Shown here piece by piece: positions 38,123 through 48,311 of a DNA stretch of 64,000 bases. The position numbers and the translations under genes are program-made. A model generated the notes under the pieces. That model was not told the DNA's origin and did no database searches. It saw only the letters and a program-made list of their open reading frames with translations. Each line of letters opens with the position of its first letter. Position 1 is the stretch's first letter. This DNA is from Chitinophagaceae bacterium (GTDB lineage Bacteria > Bacteroidota > Bacteroidia > Chitinophagales > Chitinophagaceae): assembly GCA_016786845.1 (NCBI GenBank), contig JAEUVB010000019.1, positions 23,661 through 87,660 of the forward strand. The letters run 5' to 3'.

Positions 38123-39910
38123 ATGAGCATAAATACACAATCACTGCAACCCGTTATTAACTTCCTTTGGACAGTTGCGGATGATGTTTTGGTGAATACC
38201 TACCAAAAAGGAAAATACAAAGATGTTATCCTGCCAATGGTAGTTATTCGCAGACTGGACTTGCTTTTAGAACCCACCAAAGAACAGGTTTTAAAGACTT
38301 TCAACGAATACAAATCAAAACTCCAAAACTTAGACAGCTTGCTGACCAACAGTAAACACGGTTCAGGACTGGCATTTTACAATACTTCAAAGTTTACCTT
38401 AAAAAAACTGCTTGACGACCCCAAAAACCTAAGAAGCAATTTTGAAAATTACCTAAACGGATTTTCTGATAATGTGCAGGACATCATCAAGCAATTCAAA
38501 TTCAGAAATGAAATTGAAACATTAGACGAAGCCGATATTCTGTTTTCACTCATTGAAAAATTCTGTTCTCCAAAAGTGGAATTGCACCCCGACAAATTGC
38601 CACCCTTGGCAATGGGTTATGTGTATGAAGATTTGGTAAGGCGATTTAACGAAGAAAACAACGAAGAAGCAGGAGAACACTTTACGCCAAGGGAAATCAT
38701 TGATTTAATGACACACCTTGTTTTCTTGCCGGTGAAAGACAAAATCAAGCAAGGCACTTATTTGATTTACGACCCATGCGTAGGTAGCGGTGGAATGCTC
38801 ACCATTGCCAAAAACTTTTTGCTCAATCCTGATGGACTGATTAAAAGCAACGCCACCGTTCATTTATACGGACAGGAAAGCACACCTTTCATTTATGCGA
38901 CTTGCAAAAGCGATATGCTGATAAAAGGCGAAGACCCAGACAAAATTGCTTATGGCAGCACGTTGAGTGCTTATGGTTTTGACAAGGATTTGAAGTTTGA
39001 CTTCATGTTGACTAATCCGCCTTATGGAAAGACCTGGGCACCTGATAAAAAAGCATTAGGCGTTGGACCTAAAGGAGCCATCATTGACAAACGCTTTATG
39101 CTGAAAGGCAGCTACAAAGAGGAGGCTGTTACCAGCCGTGTGAATGATGGACAGTTGATGTTTGTGTTGCACATGTTGAGCAAAATGAAAGACACCGAAC
39201 TCGGCAGCCGTATTGCTTCGGTTCACAATGGTTCGGCTTTGTTTACAGGGGATGCAGGACAAGGCGAAAGCGAAATTCGCAAATACATTATTGAAAACGA
39301 TTTATTGGAAGCCATTGTAGCATTGCCCAACGATATGTTTTACAACACAGGCATCCCTACTTACATTTTTCTTTTCACCAACCGAAAAGCAAAAAACCGA
39401 AAAGGGAAAGTGCAATTGATAAATGCTACTTCCGAAAAGTTCTATTATAAAATGCGAAAGTCATTGGGTAAAAAAAGATTGGAGTTCCTACCCGAACACA
39501 TTGCTTCGATAGAAAAAACCTTCCTGAATTTTGAAGAGAACGAATACAGCAAAATATTTGACAATGAAGATTTCGGTTATGCTCAAATAAGCGTGAACCG
39601 ACCGTTGAAAGACGAGAAAGGCAATCTTGTAACCGACAGCAAAGGCAAGCCAAAACCCGACCCAAAACTGAAAGACAGCGAAAACATTCCGTTGAAAGAA
39701 GATATACAGGAATTTTTTGAACGTGAAGTGTTGCCTTTTGCTCCTGATGCTTGGTGGGATAAGAAAGACACCAAAATTGGTTATGAAATAAACTTTGCCA
39801 AATACTTCTACAAACACCAACCGCCAAGGGCATTGACAGAAATTGCGAAAGACATTTTTGCCATTGAGCAGGAAACAGACGGTTTATTAAAAGAGATTAT
39901 TGAAGCATGA
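38123..39910 (+). CDS. hsdM: type I restriction-modification system methyltransferase subunit HsdM
   Basis: 595 aa. HsdM N-terminal helix bundle, SAM motif I DPCVGSGGML, catalytic motif IV LTNPPYG. ATGA overlap with hsdS. Confidence 0.93.
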   Translation: MSINTQSLQPVINFLWTVADDVLVNTYQKGKYKDVILPMVVIRRLDLLLEPTKEQVLKTFNEYKSKLQNLDSLLTNSKHGSGLAFYNTSKFTLKKLLDDPKNLRSNFENYLNGFSDNVQDIIKQFKFRNEIETLDEADILFSLIEKFCSPKVELHPDKLPPLAMGYVYEDLVRRFNEENNEEAGEHFTPREIIDLMTHLVFLPVKDKIKQGTYLIYDPCVGSGGMLTIAKNFLLNPDGLIKSNATVHLYGQESTPFIYATCKSDMLIKGEDPDKIAYGSTLSAYGFDKDLKFDFMLTNPPYGKTWAPDKKALGVGPKGAIIDKRFMLKGSYKEEAVTSRVNDGQLMFVLHMLSKMKDTELGSRIASVHNGSALFTGDAGQGESEIRKYIIENDLLEAIVALPNDMFYNTGIPTYIFLFTNRKAKNRKGKVQLINATSEKFYYKMRKSLGKKRLEFLPEHIASIEKTFLNFEENEYSKIFDNEDFGYAQISVNRPLKDEKGNLVTDSKGKPKPDPKLKDSENIPLKEDIQEFFEREVLPFAPDAWWDKKDTKIGYEINFAKYFYKHQPPRALTEIAKDIFAIEQETDGLLKEIIEA

Positions 39911-41145
39911 TAGCAACAGCACTTTTATATAAAGAAACCGAATTTAATTGGATGCCTGTTATTCCTGAGCATTGGGAAACAAAGAGAGCTAAAGCTATAT
40001 TTCAAGAACGTTCAATAAAGGGTTTTCCAGATGATCCGCTTTTAGCAGCTTCGCAAAAACAAGGCGTTGTTTTAAAAGAAATGCTTGAGCAACGAAGTAT
40101 GGAGGCTGTTCAAAACTTTGAAAGTTTCAAACTTGTTGAGAAAGATGATTTTGTGATTAGCCTTCGTTCTTTTGAAGGCGGGATTGAATTAGCATATTAC
40201 AGAGGCATTATTAGTCCGGTCTATTCGATATTTTATTTCAGAGAAAATAAGCATAACCGAGACTTCTTTAAATATCTGTACAAGTCTAGGATGTTTATAC
40301 AAGAGTTGAATGTTTACAAGAAAGGAATTAGAGATGGACAATCGATAAGTTATAGCGAGTTTGCAAATATCTATCTTCCAGTGCCGCCCAAAGAAGAGCA
40401 AGACGAAATTGTGCAATACCTCAAAGCACAAGAAGAAAAGATAAATTTGTTTATTCAGAAGAAGCAACGGTTTATTGAGTTGTTGAAGGAACAACGTTTA
40501 AGCATTGTAAATAATTACGTTACATCTGAAAATAAAAATTGGATTTGGTTAAGATTGAAAGATATAGTAACTGTCAATGACGAAGCATTAACAGAAAAAA
40601 CTGAAGATGATTTTTTGATAAGGTATATTGATATTGGAAATGTAAATTCATACGGTGACATTGCTGAAATCCAAGAATATGAGTTTAAGGATGCTCCGTC
40701 ACGGGCAAGAAGAATAGTCAGAAAAGGTGATGTTATAATTTCAACTGTGCGAACTTATTTAAAGGCAATTACTCTGATTGAAAGTGATGAAGATAATTTA
40801 ATCGCTTCAACAGGCTTTGCTGTTCTCAGACCAAAAGAAAATGTTCTTTCTGAATATTTGAATTTTGCTTTACGTGCCGAATACTTTATAAGTTCTGTAA
40901 TTCAGAATTCCTACGGAGTAAGTTATCCAGCAATAAACTCATCCACTTTGAGTTCACTTAAAATTGTAATTCCCAAGTCAACATCAGAACAACAAGAAAT
41001 AATAAACAAGATAAAATCCGAAACCGCAACCATAGACACTGCCATAGCCAAAGCCGAACGGGAAATAGAACTTATTCGGGAATACAAAGAAGCCATGATA
41101 GCTGAGGCGGTAATGGGGAAAAGAAAAATTAACTTTGCACATTAA
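39907..41145 (+). CDS. hsdS: type I R-M specificity subunit HsdS
   Basis: 412 aa. Two variable target-recognition halves separated by conserved coiled-coil spacers (LPVPPKEEQDEIVQYL.. and IPKSTSEQQEIINKI..). Confidence 0.9.
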   Translation: MIATALLYKETEFNWMPVIPEHWETKRAKAIFQERSIKGFPDDPLLAASQKQGVVLKEMLEQRSMEAVQNFESFKLVEKDDFVISLRSFEGGIELAYYRGIISPVYSIFYFRENKHNRDFFKYLYKSRMFIQELNVYKKGIRDGQSISYSEFANIYLPVPPKEEQDEIVQYLKAQEEKINLFIQKKQRFIELLKEQRLSIVNNYVTSENKNWIWLRLKDIVTVNDEALTEKTEDDFLIRYIDIGNVNSYGDIAEIQEYEFKDAPSRARRIVRKGDVIISTVRTYLKAITLIESDEDNLIASTGFAVLRPKENVLSEYLNFALRAEYFISSVIQNSYGVSYPAINSSTLSSLKIVIPKSTSEQQEIINKIKSETATIDTAIAKAEREIELIREYKEAMIAEAVMGKRKINFAH

Positions 41146-41156
41146 TAAATTGTAGA

Positions 41157-42287
41157 ATGCTAGACGAGAATAACAATATGGTAAATGAGCCTCAGGTTGA
41201 ATATGAGGATATTGATACAGGGGTGTTAATGGAACGACCATTCAATCCTGCACAAATAGATATTTCCACAAAGAATCCTACTATTGATTTATTGGTAAAA
41301 AGATTGCAGTCTTCACCACCGGAAATAGACCTATATCCTGACTTTCAAAGAAAAGATGATTTATGGGATGCAGGTAAGCAAAGCAGATTAATTGAATCAC
41401 TTTTAATTAAATTTCCATTACCAGCATTTTATTTTGATGGAACCGATAACAATAAATGGTTAGTTGTTGATGGTTTGCAACGACTAAGTGCAATAAGGAA
41501 TTTTATGATTAAAAAATCATTAAAGTTGACAAGTCTTGAATTTTTAAAAAAACTGGAAGGTGACGGTTTTGATGATTTGCCAAGAAACCTGCAACGACAA
41601 ATCGAAGAAACACAGGTAACAGCCTACATTATTAATCCCGGAACTCCTGACGAAGTGAAGTTCAATATTTTTAGACGTGTGAACACGGGTGGATTAATAA
41701 TGGAACCGCAGGAGATTCGTCATGCAATGAATCAGGGTGTGCCAGCTGTTTATGTCAAAGAATTGGCACAAACACCTGAATTTATTGAGGCTACTGAAAA
41801 AGCCTTAAGTCCTAATAGGATGTTGGACAGAGAGTTTGTTACACGTTTTATTGCATTCTATTTGAATGACTATAAAGCCTACATCCCAGATTTAGACACG
41901 TTTATGAATTCAAGTATGAGTGCGATAAGAAACCTATCAGATTCAGATAAGGAAAAAATGAAAAAAGATTTCATTTCAGCTATGTCTCTTTCAAAAGAGA
42001 TTTTTAATAATTGGGCCTTTCGCAAATCGGATAAATACCCAGAGAAAAGAAAACCAATTAACAAAGCACTGTTTGAGGTTTGGAGTGTAACACTCGCAAG
42101 ATTGGATGATGAACAACGAAAAATTATTAAAGAGAAAAAGGATATTTTATTTTATAAGTCAATTAGCTTAGTTAAAGAGGACTCAACCTTTTTCAATAGT
42201 ATCACTACTTCAACAGGTAATAAGTCCAGTGTGGCCTATCGTTTTTCAAGTATCGAAAAAATAATTCAAGAAACATTAGAGACATGA
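41157..42287 (+). CDS. DUF262-like (ParB/sulfiredoxin-fold, GmrSD N-terminal-type) protein lacking a DUF1524 nuclease domain
   Basis: 376 aa. PDFQRKDDLWDAGKQSRLIESLL, the DGxQR motif (VVDGLQRLSAI), and FRRVNTGGLIMEPQEIRHA. Lies 11 nt after hsdS. Confidence 0.8.
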   Translation: MLDENNNMVNEPQVEYEDIDTGVLMERPFNPAQIDISTKNPTIDLLVKRLQSSPPEIDLYPDFQRKDDLWDAGKQSRLIESLLIKFPLPAFYFDGTDNNKWLVVDGLQRLSAIRNFMIKKSLKLTSLEFLKKLEGDGFDDLPRNLQRQIEETQVTAYIINPGTPDEVKFNIFRRVNTGGLIMEPQEIRHAMNQGVPAVYVKELAQTPEFIEATEKALSPNRMLDREFVTRFIAFYLNDYKAYIPDLDTFMNSSMSAIRNLSDSDKEKMKKDFISAMSLSKEIFNNWAFRKSDKYPEKRKPINKALFEVWSVTLARLDDEQRKIIKEKKDILFYKSISLVKEDSTFFNSITTSTGNKSSVAYRFSSIEKIIQETLET

Positions 42288-43381
42288 TAAAACAAATTGA
42301 AATAAAGAATTTCAAATCAATCAAAAAAGCTGAGATAAGTGTTTCAAATTTAAATCTGCTGATGGGTTTGAATGGAATGGGTAAAAGCTCATTTATACAA
42401 ACTTTGCTAATATTGATGCAAAGTGATAAACTGGAAGAAAGAGTAATTGACTTAAATGGCATTTTGGCACAAATTGGTCAAGGAAGAGACGCGCTATACC
42501 AGTATGCCGAAGAAGAAAAAATTGTTTTTGAATTAACTTTTGAAGGACATCCTAAATACTCCTGGAAATTTGCCTATCAAAAAGATAAAGAAAAACTTGC
42601 TTCTGAAAATGGTTATACCAAAGAGGAAATGAATTTTTTCAGAAAAAACACTAGTCCATTTCAATACATACCTGCAAACAGAATTGGACCAATGGATATT
42701 TACGAAGCCTCAAGTGTTGTTGTCTCGGATAAAAGGCAGTTGGGCTTATTAGGAGAGTATGCTGCTTACTACATAAATGTTTTTGGTCAGGAATATGTAA
42801 TAAGTGAGAAACTAAGGCATACAAATGCGACTTCTTCAAATTTACTATCTCAAATAAATGCGTGGATGAAAGAAATTTCACCAGGGGTGTCATTAAACAC
42901 CAAGTATGTTCCGGAAGTAAACAAGGTAATTTTAGATTACCAGTTTGACTTACTGAACGATAAAACTAACTCGTTTCGACCTAAAAATGTAGGCTTTGGT
43001 ATTTCTTATGTGTTACCGATCGTATTAGCATTACTTACCGCTGAAGAAGGGAAAATCATTGTTATTGAAAATCCTGAATCACATATTCACCCAAGAGGGC
43101 AAGCCGAATTAGGCAAGCTCATTTCATTGGCTGCAAGTATTGGAGCACAGTTGTTTGTTGAAACGCATAGCGACCATATATTAAATGGCATCCGAGTAGC
43201 GGTTAAAGAAAATTTAGTGGACAAGTCAAAAGTAAATGTGATGTATTTTGAAAAAACTACCACCGAAAAAGAGCAGTTTACAAAAATTACTCAGATAAAG
43301 GTTGATACAAAGGGAGAACTAAGTGATTATCCAAAAAATATGATTGATGAATGGGGCAATCAACTTTTTAAATTGATGTAG
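42284..43381 (+). CDS. SMC/ABC-type AAA ATPase (AAA_15/21, DUF3696-like)
   Basis: 365 aa. MIKQIEIKNFKSIK.. start, Walker A GLNGMGKSS, Walker B/D-loop IIVIENPESHIHP, H-loop ETHSDHILNGIR. ATGA overlap with the upstream gene. Confidence 0.8.
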   Translation: MIKQIEIKNFKSIKKAEISVSNLNLLMGLNGMGKSSFIQTLLILMQSDKLEERVIDLNGILAQIGQGRDALYQYAEEEKIVFELTFEGHPKYSWKFAYQKDKEKLASENGYTKEEMNFFRKNTSPFQYIPANRIGPMDIYEASSVVVSDKRQLGLLGEYAAYYINVFGQEYVISEKLRHTNATSSNLLSQINAWMKEISPGVSLNTKYVPEVNKVILDYQFDLLNDKTNSFRPKNVGFGISYVLPIVLALLTAEEGKIIVIENPESHIHPRGQAELGKLISLAASIGAQLFVETHSDHILNGIRVAVKENLVDKSKVNVMYFEKTTTEKEQFTKITQIKVDTKGELSDYPKNMIDEWGNQLFKLM

Positions 43382-43383
43382 TA

Positions 43384-44238
43384 ATGGAGGTATTTTACAA
43401 TGAACTTTCAAGCCGTCCTTTAGCCGAAAATCATGATGAGGCAAAATCAAGGGTTTTAGGTCTTCTAAATACAATGAAAAGTTTGCGAGATTTTGACATT
43501 AACATCATGCGAGCTCATAATGACTTTTACGCGGAGCAGATTTCTGAAGAATACACATTCGGGAGTTTTTTTGGCGATACATCTGTTAGTATGGATTTGA
43601 AATTACTTTTGCGAACGATTGTTGCAAACCCTTTTATTGAAGATGAAGATTCATACGAAGCTGAGCAATTCATTACAAGCACATTTTCAACTAAAAATCA
43701 AGATAATCAAGATGTAAATCCCGAAGGTCTGGCAAGTGCTTTTGTCTTTAATTCACCTTCGATTTCGTTAAGCAGCCACCCACATTGGAGAAATAATATT
43801 TTACATTTAAGTGTTACCAACGCTGATGTTCTACAAACCACAACTCAGGTTGAGATATTGAATTTGTATTCAACGGAATGCATAAATCAAGCAGTATTTC
43901 AAAGTTGGTTAAGCTATCTGAATCCGCCAATTGAGTTAAATTCAGAAGAAAATATTTACAAGGTATTTTCACCTGAACAATTTCAATTCGAAAGCAAAGC
44001 AATTCAAGACATTACATCATGGTTTTATGATGACAAAAGATATTTAATTCGTGTTAAGGAGTTACTAGAAGATATTCCACAAAACCCATTTAAAGGAGGA
44101 AAAGGTAAGACAGAACCGTTGAGTGGCAAAGGTGGGCGTGCTTCAAAGCGGATTGTAAAAAAAGATAGAATTGTTTACACATACACCGAAGATAAAATCA
44201 TCATACATCAATGTAGAGGGCATTATGATGATAAATAA
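43384..44238 (+). CDS. two-domain protein: unknown N-terminal ~190 aa fused to a complete YoeB/Txe-like mRNA interferase domain
   Basis: Residues ~192-284 align by eye along the whole of E. coli YoeB. DKRYLIRVKELLEDIPQNPFKGGKGKTEPL...KRIVKKDRIVYTYTEDKIIIHQCRGHY corresponds to DKRIVKKINELIKDTRRTPFEGKGKPEPL...RRITEEHRLVYAVTDDSLLIAACRYHY. Confidence 0.75.
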   Translation: MEVFYNELSSRPLAENHDEAKSRVLGLLNTMKSLRDFDINIMRAHNDFYAEQISEEYTFGSFFGDTSVSMDLKLLLRTIVANPFIEDEDSYEAEQFITSTFSTKNQDNQDVNPEGLASAFVFNSPSISLSSHPHWRNNILHLSVTNADVLQTTTQVEILNLYSTECINQAVFQSWLSYLNPPIELNSEENIYKVFSPEQFQFESKAIQDITSWFYDDKRYLIRVKELLEDIPQNPFKGGKGKTEPLSGKGGRASKRIVKKDRIVYTYTEDKIIIHQCRGHYDDK

Positions 44239-44247
44239 TTGAGATAA

Positions 44248-47200
44248 ATGAAAACAGATACAACAGAAAAAGGATTAGAAGCCCACATAACACGGCACTT
44301 GTGTTTGGTGAATGTTTTTGAAGAAAGGCATTTCAGCAATTACAACCGTGTAGATTGTGTTGATGAAGATTTGCTATTCAATTTTCTGCAAGCCACACAG
44401 GAAAAGGAAGTAATGAAACTGCAAACCATTCACGGCAGCAATTTTAGAAGCAAGGTTTTATATCGCGTAAACAATCAAATAAAAACCTTTGGCATTATTG
44501 AAGTTCTCCGTAAAGGAATAACAGACAATAACATTAAACTGAAATTGTTTTTTGATAAGCCAGTTTCTAACCTAAACGAAAAAGATTTAGCTCTATACGA
44601 CCAAAACATTTTCTCCGTAACAAGACAAGTTCATTACAGCAATCAAAATGAAAATTCGTTGGATTTGGTTGTATTCATAAACGGCTTACCCATCATCACT
44701 TTTGAACTGAAAAACGAACTGACCAAACAAACGGTAAAAGATGCCATCAAGCAATACAAAACCAACCGTGACCCTAGAGAAGAATTGTTTCGATTAGGTC
44801 GATGAATGGTTCACTTTGCAGTGGACAGCGAACAAATTTGGATGGCAACCCACTTGAAGGGTGAAAACACTTATTTTCTACCATTCAACAAGGGGTATAA
44901 CAATGGGGCAGGAAATCCGCCAAATCTCAACGGCATTAAAACCGATTATCTCTGGAAAGACATTTTAACCAAAGTCCGTTTAACCAACATCATTCAGAAC
45001 TACGTTCAGTTGTTTGAAGAAGAAACGGAAAAGATTCTGCCTGATGGAAAGGTAAAAAAAGAGAAAGTAAAGAAATTGATTTTTCCACGCTACCATCAAA
45101 TTGATGCGGTAGATAAACTCCTAAGTAATGCCAAAGAAAACGGAGCAGGAAAACGCTACTTAATTCAACATTCGGCAGGTTCAGGGAAATCAAATTCTAT
45201 TTCATGGTTGGCTCATCAATTGGTTGGCTTGTTTGACAAAAATAACGAGAATACCGTTTTCGATACTGTAATTGTTGTAACCGACCGTAAAGTGTTGGAT
45301 GCACAAATCCGCAACAACATCAAACAGTTTGAACAAGTAAAAGGAGTTGTAGAAGCCATTACCGAAGGAAGTAAACAACTGAAAACTGCTTTAGAAGAAG
45401 GCAAGAAAATCATCATCACCACCATTCAGAAATTCCCATACATCGTAAATGAAATTGGGGAACTGCCCGGAAATAAGTTTGCTATTATCATAGACGAAGC
45501 ACACAGCAGTCAAAGCGGAAACACCGCAGGAAAACTAAATGAAACCCTTGCCAAGGACTTTGAAAAAGTGCAGGTAGATGATGATGAATTTGTGTTTGTG
45601 GACAAAGACCAATATGACGAACTGACTTCCGAAGATTTAGTGGTGGATATTGTGAAAGGCAGAAAGATGCTGACCAATGCCAGCTATTTTGCTTTTACCG
45701 CCACCCCAAAGAACAAAACACTTGAACTGTTCGGAGAGAAATACAACGACAATGGAAAAGAGAAATTCAGGGCATTTCATCTTTACTCTATGAAACAAGC
45801 CATTGAGGAAAATTTCATTTTAGATGTATTGCAGAATTACACCACTTACCAAAGTTATTACGCTTTACTCAAGAGAATTGAAGATGACCCGGCTTATGAT
45901 AAAAACAAAGCACAGAAAAAACTGAAAATATTTGTTGAGAGCCATTCACATGCTATTGCAAAGAAAACGACTTTAATGGTTGACCATTTTATGGACAATG
46001 TAATCCGTAAATCTAAAATTAACGGATTGGCTAAAGCAATGGTAGTTACAAGCAGCCGCAGAAATGCGGTGAAATACAAAAAGGCGTTTGATAAATATTT
46101 GGCAGACACAGGAAACCCATACAAAGCAATCGTAGCTTTTTCGGGAGAAATAGACGGACAAACAGAAGCTGCATTAAATCATTTTTCAAGTGCTGCAATT
46201 CCTGACGAGTTTAAAAAATCTGAATTCCGTTTTTTGATTGTGGCAAACAAATACCAAACAGGATTTGATCAACCACTTTTGCATACTATGTATGTTGACA
46301 AGAAACTCGGTGGAGTTAATGCTGTTCAAACGCTTTCAAGACTGAACAGAACAACATCAGGAAAGAAAGACACATTTGTGTTGGACTTTGCCAATGATGC
46401 AGATGATATCAAGAAATCCTTTGACCCATTTTTTGAAACCACCATATTAGGCGAAGCTACCGACCCGAATAAACTATTTGACTTGCAAAGCTCCTTAGAT
46501 GCATTTCAGGTTTATACACCCGAACAAGTTCAGGAGTTTTCGCAAAAGATGGTTACGAATGTTCCTGTTGACCAATTGCATAGCATTTTAGATGTAGCAG
46601 CAGAAGTATTCAGAACTTGCTTAACAGAAGAACAGCAAGACGATTTTAGAGCCAAATGCAAGACTTATGTTCGCTTGTATGTTTTCCTTGCTCAAATCGT
46701 TCCATTTATAAATCCATACTTGGAAAGACTTTATTTGTTCCTGAACCACTTGCAAAACAAATTGGGCAAGCAACGTGACGAAGATTTAGCACAGGGCATT
46801 TTGGACAATATTGACATAGACAGTTACAGACTGCAAAAGGAAGGAGAATTTAATATTCAGTTGCAACAAGGTGACGAGTTAAAACCTATTCCGACAGACA
46901 TGAGAGGTGGTGCAGCCGAGCCAGAAATGGAATATTTGTCTAACATCGTAAAAGCATTTAACGACCGCTTTGGGACCCAGTTCACCAACGAAGATAAAGT
47001 TCGTAAAATGGCAACCGATCTAATGCAAGACGTAAAGGAAGACAAGGCAGCAATGGACAATATCAATGCTTCACTTCATAAAAATGACATACAAAATGCT
47101 CAAATCACTTTCACTGACATTTTGAAAGAGAAAATGATAAACCATATTGACAGTAATTTTGAAGTATTTAAGGAGTACAATGACAACCCTGAGTTCAAAG

Positions 47201-47265
47201 CGTTTTTGGCTGGTCAGATGTTTAAGTTGTTGATTAACGATATTGGATCATTTAAATCAATGTAA
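44248..47265 (+). pseudogene. hsdR: type I restriction endonuclease subunit HsdR interrupted by one in-frame TGA (44803-44805)
   Basis: The ORFs 44248-44805 (185 aa, PD-(D/E)xK nuclease part: DLVVFINGLPIITFELK) and 44806-47265 (819 aa) are in the same frame. The larger ORF carries Walker A SAGSGKSN, the DEAH box IIIDEAHSSQ, and helicase C. The junction reads ..LGR*MVHFAVD. Confidence 0.85.
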
Positions 47266-47351
47266 AAACTATTTGAAATTTAATGAATATCCAAAGTTTG
47301 AATGACAATTACCAATTAATAAATGCTTTTGAATGAAGCAAATAAACTTGT

Positions 47352-48215
47352 ATGATCAATATTCGTGAAATTTTGGATGGCCTGTATCCCGATAAAACGG
47401 GTGAAGATTTAATTTCGATACTTGAAAAAGAGGGATTTCTTGAAACGGTTAAAAAATCAGAAATCCAGTTAAACGAATTAATTCTTAATCAAAGCGATTA
47501 TGTGAAAAAGTATGGTATGATCCCTATAGGAGCTTTAATTGCCAATCAACTCACTGTAGTAAACACCAAACTAAAAGATCTTTCAAATGCCAAGCGGCAA
47601 GAACTTGAACATTTATTGAGCGATATTACTTTCAAACAATTTGAATTGCTTGCTGATCACATTAGGTTAAAGAAGAAGGAATTGTTCGAGCAAATTGCGT
47701 TTGCATTAGAGAAGACCTGCGAATATCATAACTATGACAAGCACCAGTTATTAGACTACTTGCGGATTGATTCTATATTGTCATTCAAGGCCTCAATGAA
47801 GTCGGGAGAACGATTGAAAGTAAATTTGTCAAGCATGCCTTATCTTGAATGGAATGGCGACCCTAAGCTTTTTACTGATTTCATGTCAATTTTCAAGGAA
47901 CGAGGTCTTGCGACAAGCAATTCTAGTATCTTTAAATTATTTAAGAAGCAGAATACTCCCCTTGAAATTCAATTGAATGTATTGAAGGCTGATCTAATTC
48001 TTCAATTTTTTCAATACTTAAAGTTGAACAAATTGGTTTCAATTATACCCAAGGGCAGCATATATGATGTTCTAATGGTTCATGTACTTGACTTCGAGAA
48101 GGATTTTTTGAAATATCAAACACCTAAGGCAAGAATGAATGTGCTGAAAAATAGTCATTCGAAATGGAATGAAAATCAGCAACTTATACTAAAATGGACA
48201 AAGGGAATAGTTTAA
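47352..48215 (+). CDS. hypothetical protein (no recognisable domain)
   Basis: 287-aa AT-rich ORF on the same strand, 86 nt after hsdR. I found no motif. Confidence 0.5.
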   Translation: MINIREILDGLYPDKTGEDLISILEKEGFLETVKKSEIQLNELILNQSDYVKKYGMIPIGALIANQLTVVNTKLKDLSNAKRQELEHLLSDITFKQFELLADHIRLKKKELFEQIAFALEKTCEYHNYDKHQLLDYLRIDSILSFKASMKSGERLKVNLSSMPYLEWNGDPKLFTDFMSIFKERGLATSNSSIFKLFKKQNTPLEIQLNVLKADLILQFFQYLKLNKLVSIIPKGSIYDVLMVHVLDFEKDFLKYQTPKARMNVLKNSHSKWNENQQLILKWTKGIV

Positions 48216-48311
48216 GTATACTTTACCTACTACTTTCCCTGTAACTTTCCCTATAATTATTCAGATTAGATTTTCAAGGGATAGATTGGATATTTACAAA
48301 AAATATAAATT

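Noticed and set aside
37933-38130. 65-aa minus-strand ORF just upstream of hsdM
   Set aside because: It is an AT-rich, hydrophobic-biased translation with no motif. It overlaps the hsdM start and the likely promoter region, so it is probably spurious.
44803-44805. TGA in hsdR as a recoded codon (selenocysteine or Trp)
   Set aside because: TGA terminates other well-defined genes in the window, for example hsdM at 39908-39910 and the C45 gene at 20021-20023. I noticed no obvious SECIS-like hairpin following it. A nonsense mutation, a sequencing error or a functional split is more parsimonious.
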